DNA of 13,148 bases, taken from contig JAWCMA010000026.1 in assembly GCA_038850285.1 (NCBI GenBank), forward strand, positions 2,862 through 16,009. The letters are read 5' to 3'. Positions 1 to 6,994 of this stretch are shown here, piece by piece. The stretch's first letter is position 1, and each line of letters starts with the position of its first letter. The notes beneath the pieces are model-generated. The model made no database searches and had not been told where the DNA came from. It saw only the letters and a program-made list of their open reading frames with translations. The stretch is from Methanocellales archaeon (lineage in GTDB: Archaea; Halobacteriota; JAWCLZ01). Made by a program: the position numbers and the translations under genes.

Positions 1-1
1 A

Positions 2-589
2 ACTAGGTTAAATCTTTCAATTAACTCCCTGGATGAAAAGCTAGCTAGAGGGCTTGCTGGCACGAATAGCTATGATTTAGAGCATGTGAAGCAGATTGCA
101 GTTGAAGTGGCGGGGAGTAAAATAGACCTCTTGCTAGCTCCAGTTTGGGTTCCGAATTGGAATGATGGGGAGATTGAGCGCATTATTGAATTTGGACTTA
201 AAGTTGGAGCTGGTAAGAGCTCTCCAGCTTTTGGCGTGCAGAAGTATATTAAATATCCCCTAGGTAGAAGGCCTAGGAAAACTAAGATTCAAACCTTCAA
301 GCAATTTTATTCAGCGCTTCATAAGCTGGAGTTAAAATATAAAGTTAAGCTGATTTTAAAAAAGGAGGATTTTGGGATCCACAAGCGCGTGGCTTTGAAA
401 AGGGTTTTTAGAAATGGAGAAGTTGTGGAGCTTAAACTTATGGAGCGAGGGAGAGTGAGGGGGGAAATGCTAGCAGTAGCTAGGGATAGAGTGATTCAAG
501 TTATAAATACGGATAAAAGATTGGGCAGTAAAGTGCGAGTGAGAATTTTAAGATCCAAGGATAACATTTATGTAGCAGAGCCATTATAA
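2..589 (+). CDS. Radical SAM-family Fe-S protein with C-terminal TRAM domain (COG2100-like), 5'-truncated by the window edge
   Basis: The frame is open from base 2 (TRLNLSINSLDEKLARGLAGTNSYDLEHVKQ...), so the listed GTG at 86 is internal. LLLAPVWVPNWND, GVQKY..YPLGRRP and the TRAM-like C-terminus (GEMLAVARDRVIQV...VRVRILRSKDNIY) resemble this archaeal family. The CxxxCxxC motif would lie upstream of the window. Confidence 0.75.
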   Translation, partial: TRLNLSINSLDEKLARGLAGTNSYDLEHVKQIAVEVAGSKIDLLLAPVWVPNWNDGEIERIIEFGLKVGAGKSSPAFGVQKYIKYPLGRRPRKTKIQTFKQFYSALHKLELKYKVKLILKKEDFGIHKRVALKRVFRNGEVVELKLMERGRVRGEMLAVARDRVIQVINTDKRLGSKVRVRILRSKDNIYVAEPL

Positions 590-595
590 AAACAA

Positions 596-613
596 TTTTT
601 CTATTTTTTTTCT
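596..613 (+). terminator. Putative archaeal oligo-T terminator
   Basis: TTTTTCTATTTTTTTTCTA-like T tracts begin a few bases after the TAA stop at 587-589. Confidence 0.45.
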
Positions 614-665
614 AAAAATTTACCAACAAAAGGCATAAATAATTAAAAATGAATAAATTTCTATT

Positions 666-1760
666 ATGCTTAAACTGGGTGAGTCTGAAATAAAGCTTAG
701 AAGTTTGCTTAAAAAAATTGAGCGGGGCCGCGGAAATGAAATTATTGCTGAAAGCATTTTGAAACTGCTGAGCAAAAATGAAAAATACATAGCTGAATTC
801 ACCCCAGTGATAATCACGTGCTTGAGAAAGCAAGATATAAATACCTTAAAATACTCAACCTACTTGCTTAGAAAGATCGCTCAACTCGATCTAAAGCAAG
901 TTGAAGATAGCATACCATTGCTGCTGGAGATCTTGAAAAAACCACCCAGAGCTGGAGAGCAAGAGATCCGGGAGAACTCAGCTATATTGATATACTACGC
1001 TTCTAAGGTCAACCCAGAGGTATTGAAAAATAGCGCAGGAGTAATAGTAGAGAATCTCGATGATTTATATTCAACGGTGAGGAGAATTTCCTATTCCACA
1101 CTGCTTTCAATCACCAGCGTGAAACCAGAGTACTTGATATCAAGTATACCTCTACTCATAAAAGCCCTTGGAAGCATACATCAAGATACTAGGTCAGCTG
1201 CTGCTCATATCTTAGGTATAATCGGGGAAAGATACCCAAGGAAAGTTTTAAATAGCTATCCCTATCTCAAATTCTTAGCGTGGTATCACCCAAACAGTGA
1301 AATTCGATTAGAAGCAGCGATTGCGCTGGAAAAAATCGAGCGGCAGCTAGTAACCAAAGAGGGAATTTGCCCGATATTTGGATCCAGCCCTGAGGAGAAA
1401 GCTTGCAATATATGCAAACAGCAGTGCGAGCTCTCAATTGCCAACCCAGATCATATAATTGCAAAGCGATTGATCAAGGATTTGGAGCAGGTGAAGAAAA
1501 ATAGAGAAGCAGTACTTGCTAAGAGGATTGAGGCAATGCCTGAAGAAGAAAAAGAAGAGGCTCAAGTTAAGGATGAGGAAGAGCTAGATGAATTATTCAA
1601 AGACATCAGAAAGAGCTTCTCAGCTGAAAAAGTACTTGAAACGCTGGGGCTAGCGCATATGATTCAGCCTAGAGAAAGTAAATGCGTGAACTGCGGAGCT
1701 ATTTTACCCCTTAATGCTAAGTATTGCATTGAATGTGGAGCTAGAGTGGTGGAAGGGTAA
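666..1760 (+). CDS. HEAT/ARM-repeat protein with internal Cys cluster, acidic linker and C-terminal zinc ribbon
   Basis: HEAT-like helical repeats ([44 protein letters not shown]); C-x11-C-x2-C-x3-C; Glu-rich segment; terminal CVNCG...YCIECG zinc ribbon. The stop overlaps the hisF start (TAATG). Confidence 0.8.
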   Translation: MLKLGESEIKLRSLLKKIERGRGNEIIAESILKLLSKNEKYIAEFTPVIITCLRKQDINTLKYSTYLLRKIAQLDLKQVEDSIPLLLEILKKPPRAGEQEIRENSAILIYYASKVNPEVLKNSAGVIVENLDDLYSTVRRISYSTLLSITSVKPEYLISSIPLLIKALGSIHQDTRSAAAHILGIIGERYPRKVLNSYPYLKFLAWYHPNSEIRLEAAIALEKIERQLVTKEGICPIFGSSPEEKACNICKQQCELSIANPDHIIAKRLIKDLEQVKKNREAVLAKRIEAMPEEEKEEAQVKDEEELDELFKDIRKSFSAEKVLETLGLAHMIQPRESKCVNCGAILPLNAKYCIECGARVVEG

Positions 1761-2575
1761 TGCTCGCTAAGCGCATTATACCCTGCTTAGATGTCACCTA
1801 TGATAGAAGAATAGCTACAGTGGTTAAAGGTATAGAATTCATCCAGCTTAGACAAGCAGGAGACCCAGTGGAGCTAGCTAAGCGCTATAATGAAGAGGGA
1901 GCAGATGAACTGGTTTTCCTAGATATAACTGCCTCCCACGAAGGCAGAAGAACCATGCTTGAGGTAATTGAGAGAACCGCGAACGAAGTTTTTATACCCC
2001 TTACAGTGGGAGGGGGAATTGCCTCACTGGAAGATATACGTTCTATCCTCTGCGCAGGAGCTGATAAAATCTCAGTAAACACTGCAGCGGTGAAAAAACC
2101 TAGCTTGGTGGAGCAAGCAGCGGAGATCTTTGGCTCGCAGTGCATCGTGGTAGCTATAGATTGCAGGCGAAACCCCAGCTTAGATGGAGATAAAACTATT
2201 TTAAAATTAGAAGATGGAACTGAAGCTTGGTATGAAGTGGTGATATATGGAGGTAGAAGGCCAGTTGAACTGGATGCAGTGCAGTGGGCAAAGCAAGTTG
2301 AAGAACTAGGCGCAGGGGAGATCCTGCTCACAAGCATGGATCGCGATGGCACAAAACTGGGCTATGATATTCCAATTACCAGATCAATTTCAGAAGCAGT
2401 GAGAATTCCAGTGATAGCCTCAGGTGGAGCTGGTTGCTTGGAGCATTTATATGAAGCATTAGAATATGGCAAGGCTGATGCTTGCTTAGCAGCGAGCATA
2501 TTTCACTTCAAAGAGCACTCCATACCTCAAGCCAAGAGATATCTGCAGAGTAAAGGAATAGCTGTTAGAATCTAG
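1760..2575 (+). CDS. hisF: Imidazole glycerol phosphate synthase cyclase subunit HisF
   Basis: Canonical motifs [78 protein letters not shown]. Confidence 0.98.
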   Translation: MLAKRIIPCLDVTYDRRIATVVKGIEFIQLRQAGDPVELAKRYNEEGADELVFLDITASHEGRRTMLEVIERTANEVFIPLTVGGGIASLEDIRSILCAGADKISVNTAAVKKPSLVEQAAEIFGSQCIVVAIDCRRNPSLDGDKTILKLEDGTEAWYEVVIYGGRRPVELDAVQWAKQVEELGAGEILLTSMDRDGTKLGYDIPITRSISEAVRIPVIASGGAGCLEHLYEALEYGKADACLAASIFHFKEHSIPQAKRYLQSKGIAVRI

Positions 2576-3483
2576 CGCTGCCAGTTTGAACTCAGTTTAA
2601 CTAATTCTCCTTCTCTGGAGATTAGCAATTCAATTTGCAGGCCTATCTCTGAGGAAGTCCAGATTACCCTCCACATTCCATTTTCAAGTTTAGCTCTTGC
2701 ATTTTTATATTTAAATTTAGAAGTAAAAGATTTAACTAGCTCCATCGAGCTTGAATATAGAATTGCAGCTCTCTCGTTCTCGAGAGGGGGCTCAATTGCT
2801 ATTCTCCCAATTTCCACGGGTAAATAGGGAAATGCACGAGTATTTATCTCTTCATAGCGAGATTGAAGAATATATAGCAAGCCGGTTTTCTGAGTATAGC
2901 CATGCTCACTGCTCCATCTCTGGAGCACTTTCCAAATGAAGGGAGAATAAGTTGGAAGCAGTGCAATTTCACCCCCATCTAGCTTGCGAGCTGCAATTTG
3001 CTTCAAAATAGCTCTCATTAAGAGGTAGAATATTAAAAGTAATATTGCTAAAATTGGAAGCGAAGTGGAATTTGAAATTGCCATTACCACGAGCAATAGG
3101 AGGCTTGTTAGGAGTAAAACTGGATTCACTGCGATATCAAGTTCCAAGCTGCTCTGCTTCTTAACTGGATAAAGAAGTGGTATTCCCCAGGTGGTTGAAA
3201 GATCTAGTAAAACGTGGCTCAAGCTGCTGAGCAGCGCTAAGGATAAGATCTTTAAAAAAGCTTGATTGAATAACAAGCTAAATGCTGCTAGTGAAATACT
3301 TAGAATGAAAGCAGATAATAAAGAGTGGCTGAAGTCACGGTGGTATTTAAAGGAGACACGGGAGATAAAAATATCCAGATCCATCGCAGCACTTGCGATT
3401 ATGCATGAAGTTAATTCAAAACTATTCATAGCAAGTAAATTACCTATGGAGTAGCCTGTTAAAATATGAGTTATCGCATCCAA
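2572..3483 (-). CDS. Membrane-bound metal-dependent hydrolase, YdjM-like, with soluble C-terminal extension
   Basis: [17 protein letters not shown] and [15 protein letters not shown] motifs plus several hydrophobic helices. TTG start overlaps the upstream gene by 13 nt. Confidence 0.85.
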   Translation of the reverse strand: MDAITHILTGYSIGNLLAMNSFELTSCIIASAAMDLDIFISRVSFKYHRDFSHSLLSAFILSISLAAFSLLFNQAFLKILSLALLSSLSHVLLDLSTTWGIPLLYPVKKQSSLELDIAVNPVLLLTSLLLLVVMAISNSTSLPILAILLLIFYLLMRAILKQIAARKLDGGEIALLPTYSPFIWKVLQRWSSEHGYTQKTGLLYILQSRYEEINTRAFPYLPVEIGRIAIEPPLENERAAILYSSSMELVKSFTSKFKYKNARAKLENGMWRVIWTSSEIGLQIELLISREGELVKLSSNWQR

Positions 3484-4178
3484 TTAATGCGCCTCCTGAT
3501 CGCAGGATCTCTAGATGCGATTTCACTAAGCACAGTTTCGAAGCTTTCATCGCGGGATAAAACTCGCTCTAGATATACCCCAGTTCTGCCTACTTCAGCT
3601 CTTCTTTGAAGCACTCGCAAGCGCTCTTCAACTATATCTTGAGATACGCCAAGTATTTTAGCAACTCTACCTGGAGAAAGCTCGCGGAGGGGAATTTCAA
3701 CGTGCCCCTCCTCGCTGGGCTCAATTAACATCAGGCGCTTGTCAACACCAGCAACGCGCTTGTTCTGCTTTAACTCGGGTAGGGAAATCGCGCCTCCGAA
3801 TTTATAAAACTCAAGCTCGCGCCTCTGAGGCTCTATAACTGGGAAGGTAACCATTGCGTTATTCTCTAGAATTAAATGCGCCTTTATCAAACTCAAGGGA
3901 GTAGCTTGCTCCAATTTTCGCTCTATAACATCGTAGTCGCTTAAAGCAAATTCCACTTGAAAGGATTTCACTAGATAGGGAATGAAAACATCTACATCGC
4001 TATTTCGAGTGACATCGCCTCTAGCGATGCTTCCATGAACGATGGAGGCAATATTGTGTTTATCAAGTTCAAGCATTATACCGCTAGCTATTGCTCGCAG
4101 CTGAGAGAGAATTTCCCACCTCTCTTTATTATATACAATTGCCCTTCTAGGTCCCATTTGAGCAGGTTTTTTCCTCAT
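3471..4178 (-). CDS. Archaeal Pol-beta-superfamily nucleotidyltransferase (COG2413-like)
   Basis: hGSIARGD-x4-SDVD catalytic motif, followed by EFYKFGG, RVAGVDKRL and GRTGVYL segments typical of this archaeal family. Confidence 0.85.
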   Translation of the reverse strand: MRKKPAQMGPRRAIVYNKERWEILSQLRAIASGIMLELDKHNIASIVHGSIARGDVTRNSDVDVFIPYLVKSFQVEFALSDYDVIERKLEQATPLSLIKAHLILENNAMVTFPVIEPQRRELEFYKFGGAISLPELKQNKRVAGVDKRLMLIEPSEEGHVEIPLRELSPGRVAKILGVSQDIVEERLRVLQRRAEVGRTGVYLERVLSRDESFETVLSEIASRDPAIRRRINWMR

Positions 4179-4224
4179 TTTCTATTTCCATTTTCTATTT
4201 CCTATTTCTATTTCCTCATTTTCT
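4170..4224 (-). repeat. Degenerate GGAAATA/GAAAATG micro-repeat bounded by an exact 14-bp direct repeat
   Basis: Minus strand reads AGAAAATGAGGAAA-TAGAAATAGGAAATAGAAAATGGAAAT-AGAAAATGAGGAAA. On the plus strand TTTCCTCATTTTCT occurs at both 4170-4183 and 4211-4224. Confidence 0.8.
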
Positions 4225-4524
4225 GACCTCATCCTCTATCCACTTTAAAAAAGGCTTATACCCCTGCTCGATTTTCCAAGAAATTATGCAAGGTATTTCA
4301 TAGCTGTGAATTTGCTTCACCCTTTCGATTATTTCCTCCACTTTCTCAAATTTGGTCTTAGCAATTACTGCTACTTCGCTTGCCTCTTGAACTCCTTTCC
4401 ATTGAAAGCTAGAGGTAATTGGAAAGAAATTGGCGCAGGCAGCGAGGCGTTCTTCAACTAAAATGCGGGCTATTCGCTTGGCTTCTTCAAAATTGCTCGC
4501 AGTTATATAGACTATTGAGAACAT
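4216..4524 (-). CDS. cutA: Divalent-cation tolerance protein CutA
   Basis: IVYITA, EEAKRIARILVEERLAACAN, S.FQWKG and HSYEIPCI motifs; 102 aa; GGTGA ribosome-binding site just upstream. Confidence 0.95.
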   Translation of the reverse strand: MFSIVYITASNFEEAKRIARILVEERLAACANFFPITSSFQWKGVQEASEVAVIAKTKFEKVEEIIERVKQIHSYEIPCIISWKIEQGYKPFLKWIEDEVRK

Positions 4525-4572
4525 CTGCTCACCAACTCTATCTTTATATGCATTAATATAATATCTTATTTC
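4525..4572. promoter_or_regulatory. Compact 48-bp divergent promoter region (cutA cluster / site-2 protease)
   Basis: TTTATA at 4543-4548 (+) about 25-30 bp before the ATG at 4573. TTATATTAA on the minus strand (4553-4561) about 30 bp before cutA. Confidence 0.5.
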
Positions 4573-6174
4573 ATGATGAACGCAGACCTTGCGATCGCTG
4601 GAGCAGCATTTCTAGGTTACTGGTTAATAGTAATATTTCTAAATAGAACTGGAGCGCTTGAGAAGCGAGGTATAAGCAGCTTGGGGCCTATTTTAATGAT
4701 CCGCACAAAAAAAGGCCAGAGATTGCTAGACCACTTGGCCAAGCCAAGGAATTTCTGGAGATTATTCGCAAGCTTGGGCACGCTATTCGTGGTAATCTCA
4801 ATGGTTGCAATGTTCACGCTATTGCTATATAGCGATTACATGATGATATCCCAGCCCCCTAGGCCCTCGGCTTACACTGAGCCTCAGAATGTGGTTATTT
4901 TACCAGGTATAAATAGATTCATTCCCTTCACCTGGGGAATCATTGGATTAATCATAGCCATAGTGGCACATGAATTCTCCCATGCTATCCTAGGAAGAGT
5001 TGAGGGAATAGCGGTGAAATCCCTAGGAATCTTGCTAATGATAATTCCCATTGGGGCCTTCGCTGAGTTGGATGACGAGCAGCTGCTTGGTAAAGGCAAA
5101 GAATCTGCTAATTGCAAGCAGCGCTTGAAGGTTTTTTCCTCAGGGGTGATGGGGAACTTCGCAGTTGCCTTCATAGCTCTATTGCTTTTCTTCGGCTTGG
5201 CTTTAAATGCTATTGAGCCAACTGATTACAGTGTAGTAGTGCTGGATGTGGTTAAGAACTCGGATGCAGAAAAAGCAGGGGTGCATAGAGATATGATTAT
5301 AACTGCTCTCAATGAAGTGAGAATAGCAAATTTAAGTGAGTATAATAACTATATCTATACTCTTGAGCCAGGCAGCTTGGTTGCGGTTCACGCGGTTTAT
5401 GATAAGCAGGAAAAAGTTTTCTGGCTTAAGAAATATGAGGAAAAAGGCGTGTTAATTGTGGATACCATTGAGGGCTACCCTGCTGGAGAGGCTGGTTTAA
5501 CCCCAGGGATGAAGATTGTGAAGATCGATAGCACGCCTGTTAACAATGCCGTGGAGTTTCTCAGCTATATGAATAAAACCAAGCCGGGGGAGGTTTTAAG
5601 CGTGCACGTAATGGATGGAAGTGTGGAGAGGGTTTTTCTAATTCAGCTTGCCAGTGTGCCTCATCAAAGCAAGGGTTTTTTAGGCGTGCGCGTTGATACC
5701 ACTCAGCTTGGAATGGCAGTTGGAGAATTCCCCTCCCAAGCCTATCTTCAGGCTCTTCGCAAGCTGCCGAGCATGCTTTATTCCCCTCATGCTTGGCTGT
5801 GGCTTGCCTCACTTCCTTTCATAGATACTTCCGCTTTTGGATTTAGCGGCTTCGAAGGGCTGCTTTTGCAATTCTATCAACCAGTGGATTGGGCGAGGGA
5901 ACTTGGAATGGGTATATTCTGGATTGCAAATGTGTTATTCTGGATTGGGTGGATCAATTTAACTATAGCTCTATTCAACTGCTTGCCAGCAGTGCCCCTT
6001 GACGGGGGACATGTTTTCAGGGAGATCGCGAGGAGTTTAGCGGGTAAATTCACTAAGGATGAAGTAAAGCAAGAGAGAGTTTCAAGTGTGATTGTAACAG
6101 CGCTAGCGCTGCTGATTTTCTCCTCTTTCATCTTCTTAATATTCGGTCCCTATCTAATTCACGGATCTGTATAG
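4573..6174 (+). CDS. Site-2 intramembrane zinc metalloprotease (M50 family) with two PDZ domains
   Basis: HEFSH (HExxH), GAFAE, GVMGNF and NCLPAVPLDGG motifs; two PDZ-like units (DVVKNSDAEKAGV..DMIITALN and DTIEGYPAGEAGL..GMKIVKID); multiple transmembrane helices. Confidence 0.95.
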   Translation: MMNADLAIAGAAFLGYWLIVIFLNRTGALEKRGISSLGPILMIRTKKGQRLLDHLAKPRNFWRLFASLGTLFVVISMVAMFTLLLYSDYMMISQPPRPSAYTEPQNVVILPGINRFIPFTWGIIGLIIAIVAHEFSHAILGRVEGIAVKSLGILLMIIPIGAFAELDDEQLLGKGKESANCKQRLKVFSSGVMGNFAVAFIALLLFFGLALNAIEPTDYSVVVLDVVKNSDAEKAGVHRDMIITALNEVRIANLSEYNNYIYTLEPGSLVAVHAVYDKQEKVFWLKKYEEKGVLIVDTIEGYPAGEAGLTPGMKIVKIDSTPVNNAVEFLSYMNKTKPGEVLSVHVMDGSVERVFLIQLASVPHQSKGFLGVRVDTTQLGMAVGEFPSQAYLQALRKLPSMLYSPHAWLWLASLPFIDTSAFGFSGFEGLLLQFYQPVDWARELGMGIFWIANVLFWIGWINLTIALFNCLPAVPLDGGHVFREIARSLAGKFTKDEVKQERVSSVIVTALALLIFSSFIFLIFGPYLIHGSV

Positions 6175-6183
6175 TTTTGCAAA

Positions 6184-6220
6184 AAGTACCATAAACATAT
6201 ATAGCTCGAGTGATATATCA
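6184..6220 (+). promoter_or_regulatory. Putative BRE/TATA promoter plus 10-bp palindrome upstream of the HTH regulator
   Basis: ACCATAAAC-ATATATAG about 25-30 bp before the ATG at 6228; perfect palindrome TGATATATCA at 6211-6220. Confidence 0.45.
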
Positions 6221-6227
6221 AGGGTAA

Positions 6228-6614
6228 ATGGCAAGGTCTATAGTTGAGCAGCTTAAAAAAACCCTTAAATGCGAAGACCTATTAGCTTGCATCTATGATT
6301 TAAAACAGCTAGACATAGCAATCTATAAATGCCTCCTTGAAAAAGGGGGGATGAAAGTGGATGAATTAAGCGAATATGTGAAGCGCGAGAAGAGCACGAC
6401 TTATAGATCTCTGCAGAATTTAATTACCCATGGCTTGGTATTTAGAGAAACCCATTCAATTGAAAACGGGGGTTATTATTACACCTATCACCCCAATGAC
6501 CCTAGCAGGATCTATAGAGATATAAAGCGCTACATCGATGAATGGTATGCGAAGATGAATCTCTTGCTTCAGGAATTTCAACTTGATTTTCTCCAGGAGA
6601 GGAAATTTACCTAG
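6228..6614 (+). CDS. TrmB-like winged-HTH transcriptional regulator (COG3355-like)
   Basis: LACIYDLKQLDIAIY, VDELSEYVKREKSTTYRSLQNL (HTH), GLVFRE and GGYYYTY (wing); 128 aa. Confidence 0.88.
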   Translation: MARSIVEQLKKTLKCEDLLACIYDLKQLDIAIYKCLLEKGGMKVDELSEYVKREKSTTYRSLQNLITHGLVFRETHSIENGGYYYTYHPNDPSRIYRDIKRYIDEWYAKMNLLLQEFQLDFLQERKFT

Positions 6615-6994
6615 AATGTGAAGTGAAAAATCAAGCCTTTTCCAACTTCACTTTCAACCCAGATCTTCCGCGGTAATTCAACATAGCTCTTAGCAAGTGC
6701 TAGTCCAAGTAAACCGATCTTGAGAGTTTATCTCCATCTCGAGATAGAAGGGCTCGAAGATATGCTTTTGCTCCTCCTTTGAAATACCAATGCCTTATCA
6801 CTGACTTCGAAAAGATAATCATCCCTTTGCTCCTTAACCTTGGCATTGCTATATTTCACTGCATTTGAAATTCAAGTTATCTAGAATTTAATGGAGCTTT
6901 TTTCATCTGCTCATGCGCAGCTTGGTGAAATCTTTCTTCCGCTTATATTGCTCGGAGTAATTCCAAGACTGTGCTCCCTTAAAGTCTCTCTCAT
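6611..6994 (-). pseudogene. Degraded histidine kinase HATPase_c remnant
   Basis: Manual minus-strand translation across frames: *ADE / KKLH*ILDNL / ISNAVKYSNAKVKEQRDDYLFEVSD / GIGISKEEQKHIFEPFY... / LGLALAKSYVELPRKIWVESEVGKGLIFHFTF*. N, G1, F and G2 boxes are in order, with in-frame stops, several frameshifts and short deletions. The recognisable part spans 6611-6910. Confidence 0.9.

Noticed and set aside
86-88. GTG at 86 as the start of the first gene
   Set aside because: The frame is open and protein-like back to base 2, so the gene starts before the window.
617-630. AATTTACCAA shared between about 618-627 and 10479-10488
   Set aside because: Short AT-rich match in opposite orientation relative to the nearest promoters. 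It cannot be told from chance or a generic BRE-like sequence.
612-1464. Short minus-strand ORFs 612-833, 620-817 and 1267-1464
   Set aside because: Antisense shadows of the HEAT gene with no recognisable motifs.
1885-2352. 155-aa antisense ORF inside hisF
   Set aside because: Ser/Thr/Pro-rich mirror-frame ORF typical of the reverse strand of a conserved gene.
2573-2575. Pyrrolysine readthrough of TAG stops (hisF, HTH gene, binding protein) or recoding in the kinase remnant
   Set aside because: These proteins are complete at their TAG. The remnant also has a TAA and frameshifts, which fits decay rather than recoding.
3471-4178. MNT-HEPN toxin-antitoxin or CBASS-type defence system
   Set aside because: No HEPN or effector gene is adjacent, and size and motifs fit the stand-alone archaeal family.
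4170-4224. CRISPR array or IS end
   Set aside because: Units are only 6-7 bp with no unique spacers, and there is no terminal inverted repeat, transposase or cas gene.
2751-4226. Plus-strand ORFs 2751-2939, 3266-3454 and 4035-4226
   Set aside because: Short, antisense to well-supported genes, and without motifs.
4617-6131. Minus-strand ORFs within the site-2 protease gene
   Set aside because: Antisense shadows of a membrane-protein gene with no independent support.
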